This document shows, piece after piece, positions 63,642 to 64,000 of a stretch of DNA of 64,000 nucleotides. Made by a program: the position numbers and the translations under genes. The stretch comes from Candidatus Berkelbacteria bacterium (GTDB lineage: Bacteria > Patescibacteriota > UBA1384 > JACPKC01). The stretch lies in assembly GCA_016187225.1 (NCBI GenBank), contig JACPKC010000010.1, positions 67,541 to 131,540 of the forward strand. Direction: 5' to 3'. Within the stretch, counting starts at the first letter, position 1. The number at the start of each line of letters is the position of its first letter. A model generated the notes under the pieces. That model was not told where the DNA came from and made no database searches. It saw nothing but the letters and a program-made list of their open reading frames with translations.

Positions 63642-63669
63642 TGCTAGATGTGTTCCCAATAATTTTATG
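63641..63669. promoter_or_regulatory. Copy c (reverse orientation) of the 29-nt start-proximal element; its terminal CAT is the complement of the pth ATG
   Basis: Reverse complement reads CATAAAATTATTGGGAACACATCTAGCAC, 24/25 identical to copies a and b. Confidence 0.65.
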
Positions 63670-64000
63670 AAAATAATCGTTGGATTAGGAAATCCGGATA
63701 TATTCTACGAACGCACAAGGCATAACATCGGTTGGCTGGCGCTCGATGTTTTGCGTAAGCAGTTGGTTTTAGAGCCAGATTGGCAAGTATCAGAGTGGGC
63801 CGAAAGCGAAAAATTTGAGGCTTTTATCGCAGAGGCGCATTTTAAAAAAGAAAAAGTCTTACTCATCAAACCGACTACTTTCATGAATAACTCCGGTCGA
63901 AGCGTTGAGCGGATTCGAGCCTTTTATCGTTTGGCGCCTGAACAAATTTTGGCTGTTTATGATGAGCTTGCTGTTTCCCTGGGTAGTATCCGGATTCGTT
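63667..64000 (+). CDS. pth: Peptidyl-tRNA hydrolase, 5' portion (continues beyond the window)
   Basis: MKIIVGLGNPDIFYERTRHNIGW canonical Pth N-terminus with catalytic His. Confidence 0.85.
   Translation, partial: MKIIVGLGNPDIFYERTRHNIGWLALDVLRKQLVLEPDWQVSEWAESEKFEAFIAEAHFKKEKVLLIKPTTFMNNSGRSVERIRAFYRLAPEQILAVYDELAVSLGSIRIR

Noticed and set aside
1-64000. CRISPR arrays, cas genes, transposases, integrases, reverse transcriptase or DGR template/variable repeats, prophage remnants
   Set aside because: No short direct-repeat/spacer arrays, no DDE/tyrosine-recombinase/RT motifs in any called or rejected ORF, and no tRNA-adjacent integrase. The tandem repeats at 61478-62010 are in-frame coding repeats of a surface protein rather than TR/VR pairs.

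Overview
This 64-kb window is a chromosomal segment of a small-genome bacterium. Gene content and architecture suggest a Patescibacteria/CPR-like or other monoderm lineage, but that is inference. It is densely coding and mostly on the + strand, at about 50% GC. Reading left to right: (1) a division/cell-wall (dcw) cluster, ftsI(3' end)-murF-mraY-murD-ftsW-murG-murC-murB-ftsQ, which runs into a PH-domain membrane protein, an FMN reductase, recJ, sodA and radA. (2) A minus-strand class A PBP with FN3/Ig extensions, then tyrS and argS. (3) A patch of hypothetical genes plus tRNA-Pro, rpmB, and a minus-strand tRNA-Thr/tRNA-Tyr/tRNA-Thr/rpmG/tRNA-Trp cluster. (4) A 930-bp ORF-free convergent intergenic region with DnaA-box-like 9-mers. 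(5) A complete secretin-less type IV pilus locus: surface PKD/Big_2 proteins, pilN/O-like, pilB, pilT, pilC, two pilins, pilD and four minor pilins. (6) rnhA, ileS, a second SEDS gene, rplU-secE-nusG-rplK, dprA-topA-recR and cysS. (7) A 1029-aa orphan protein and a GC-rich (~60%) two-gene island. (8) A repeat-containing sortase-substrate-like surface protein, then prfB, ybaB and pth(5'). Beyond the gene calls, the main observations are a 29-nt element reused at three start codons in both orientations, a perfect 23-bp inverted repeat carrying symmetric extended -10 boxes, the long non-coding gap, the GC-rich island, and non-canonical features of cysS and prfB. No CRISPR array, transposase, integrase or reverse transcriptase was seen. 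My coordinates from manual base counting can be off by 1-2 nt; ORF-track coordinates are used wherever possible.
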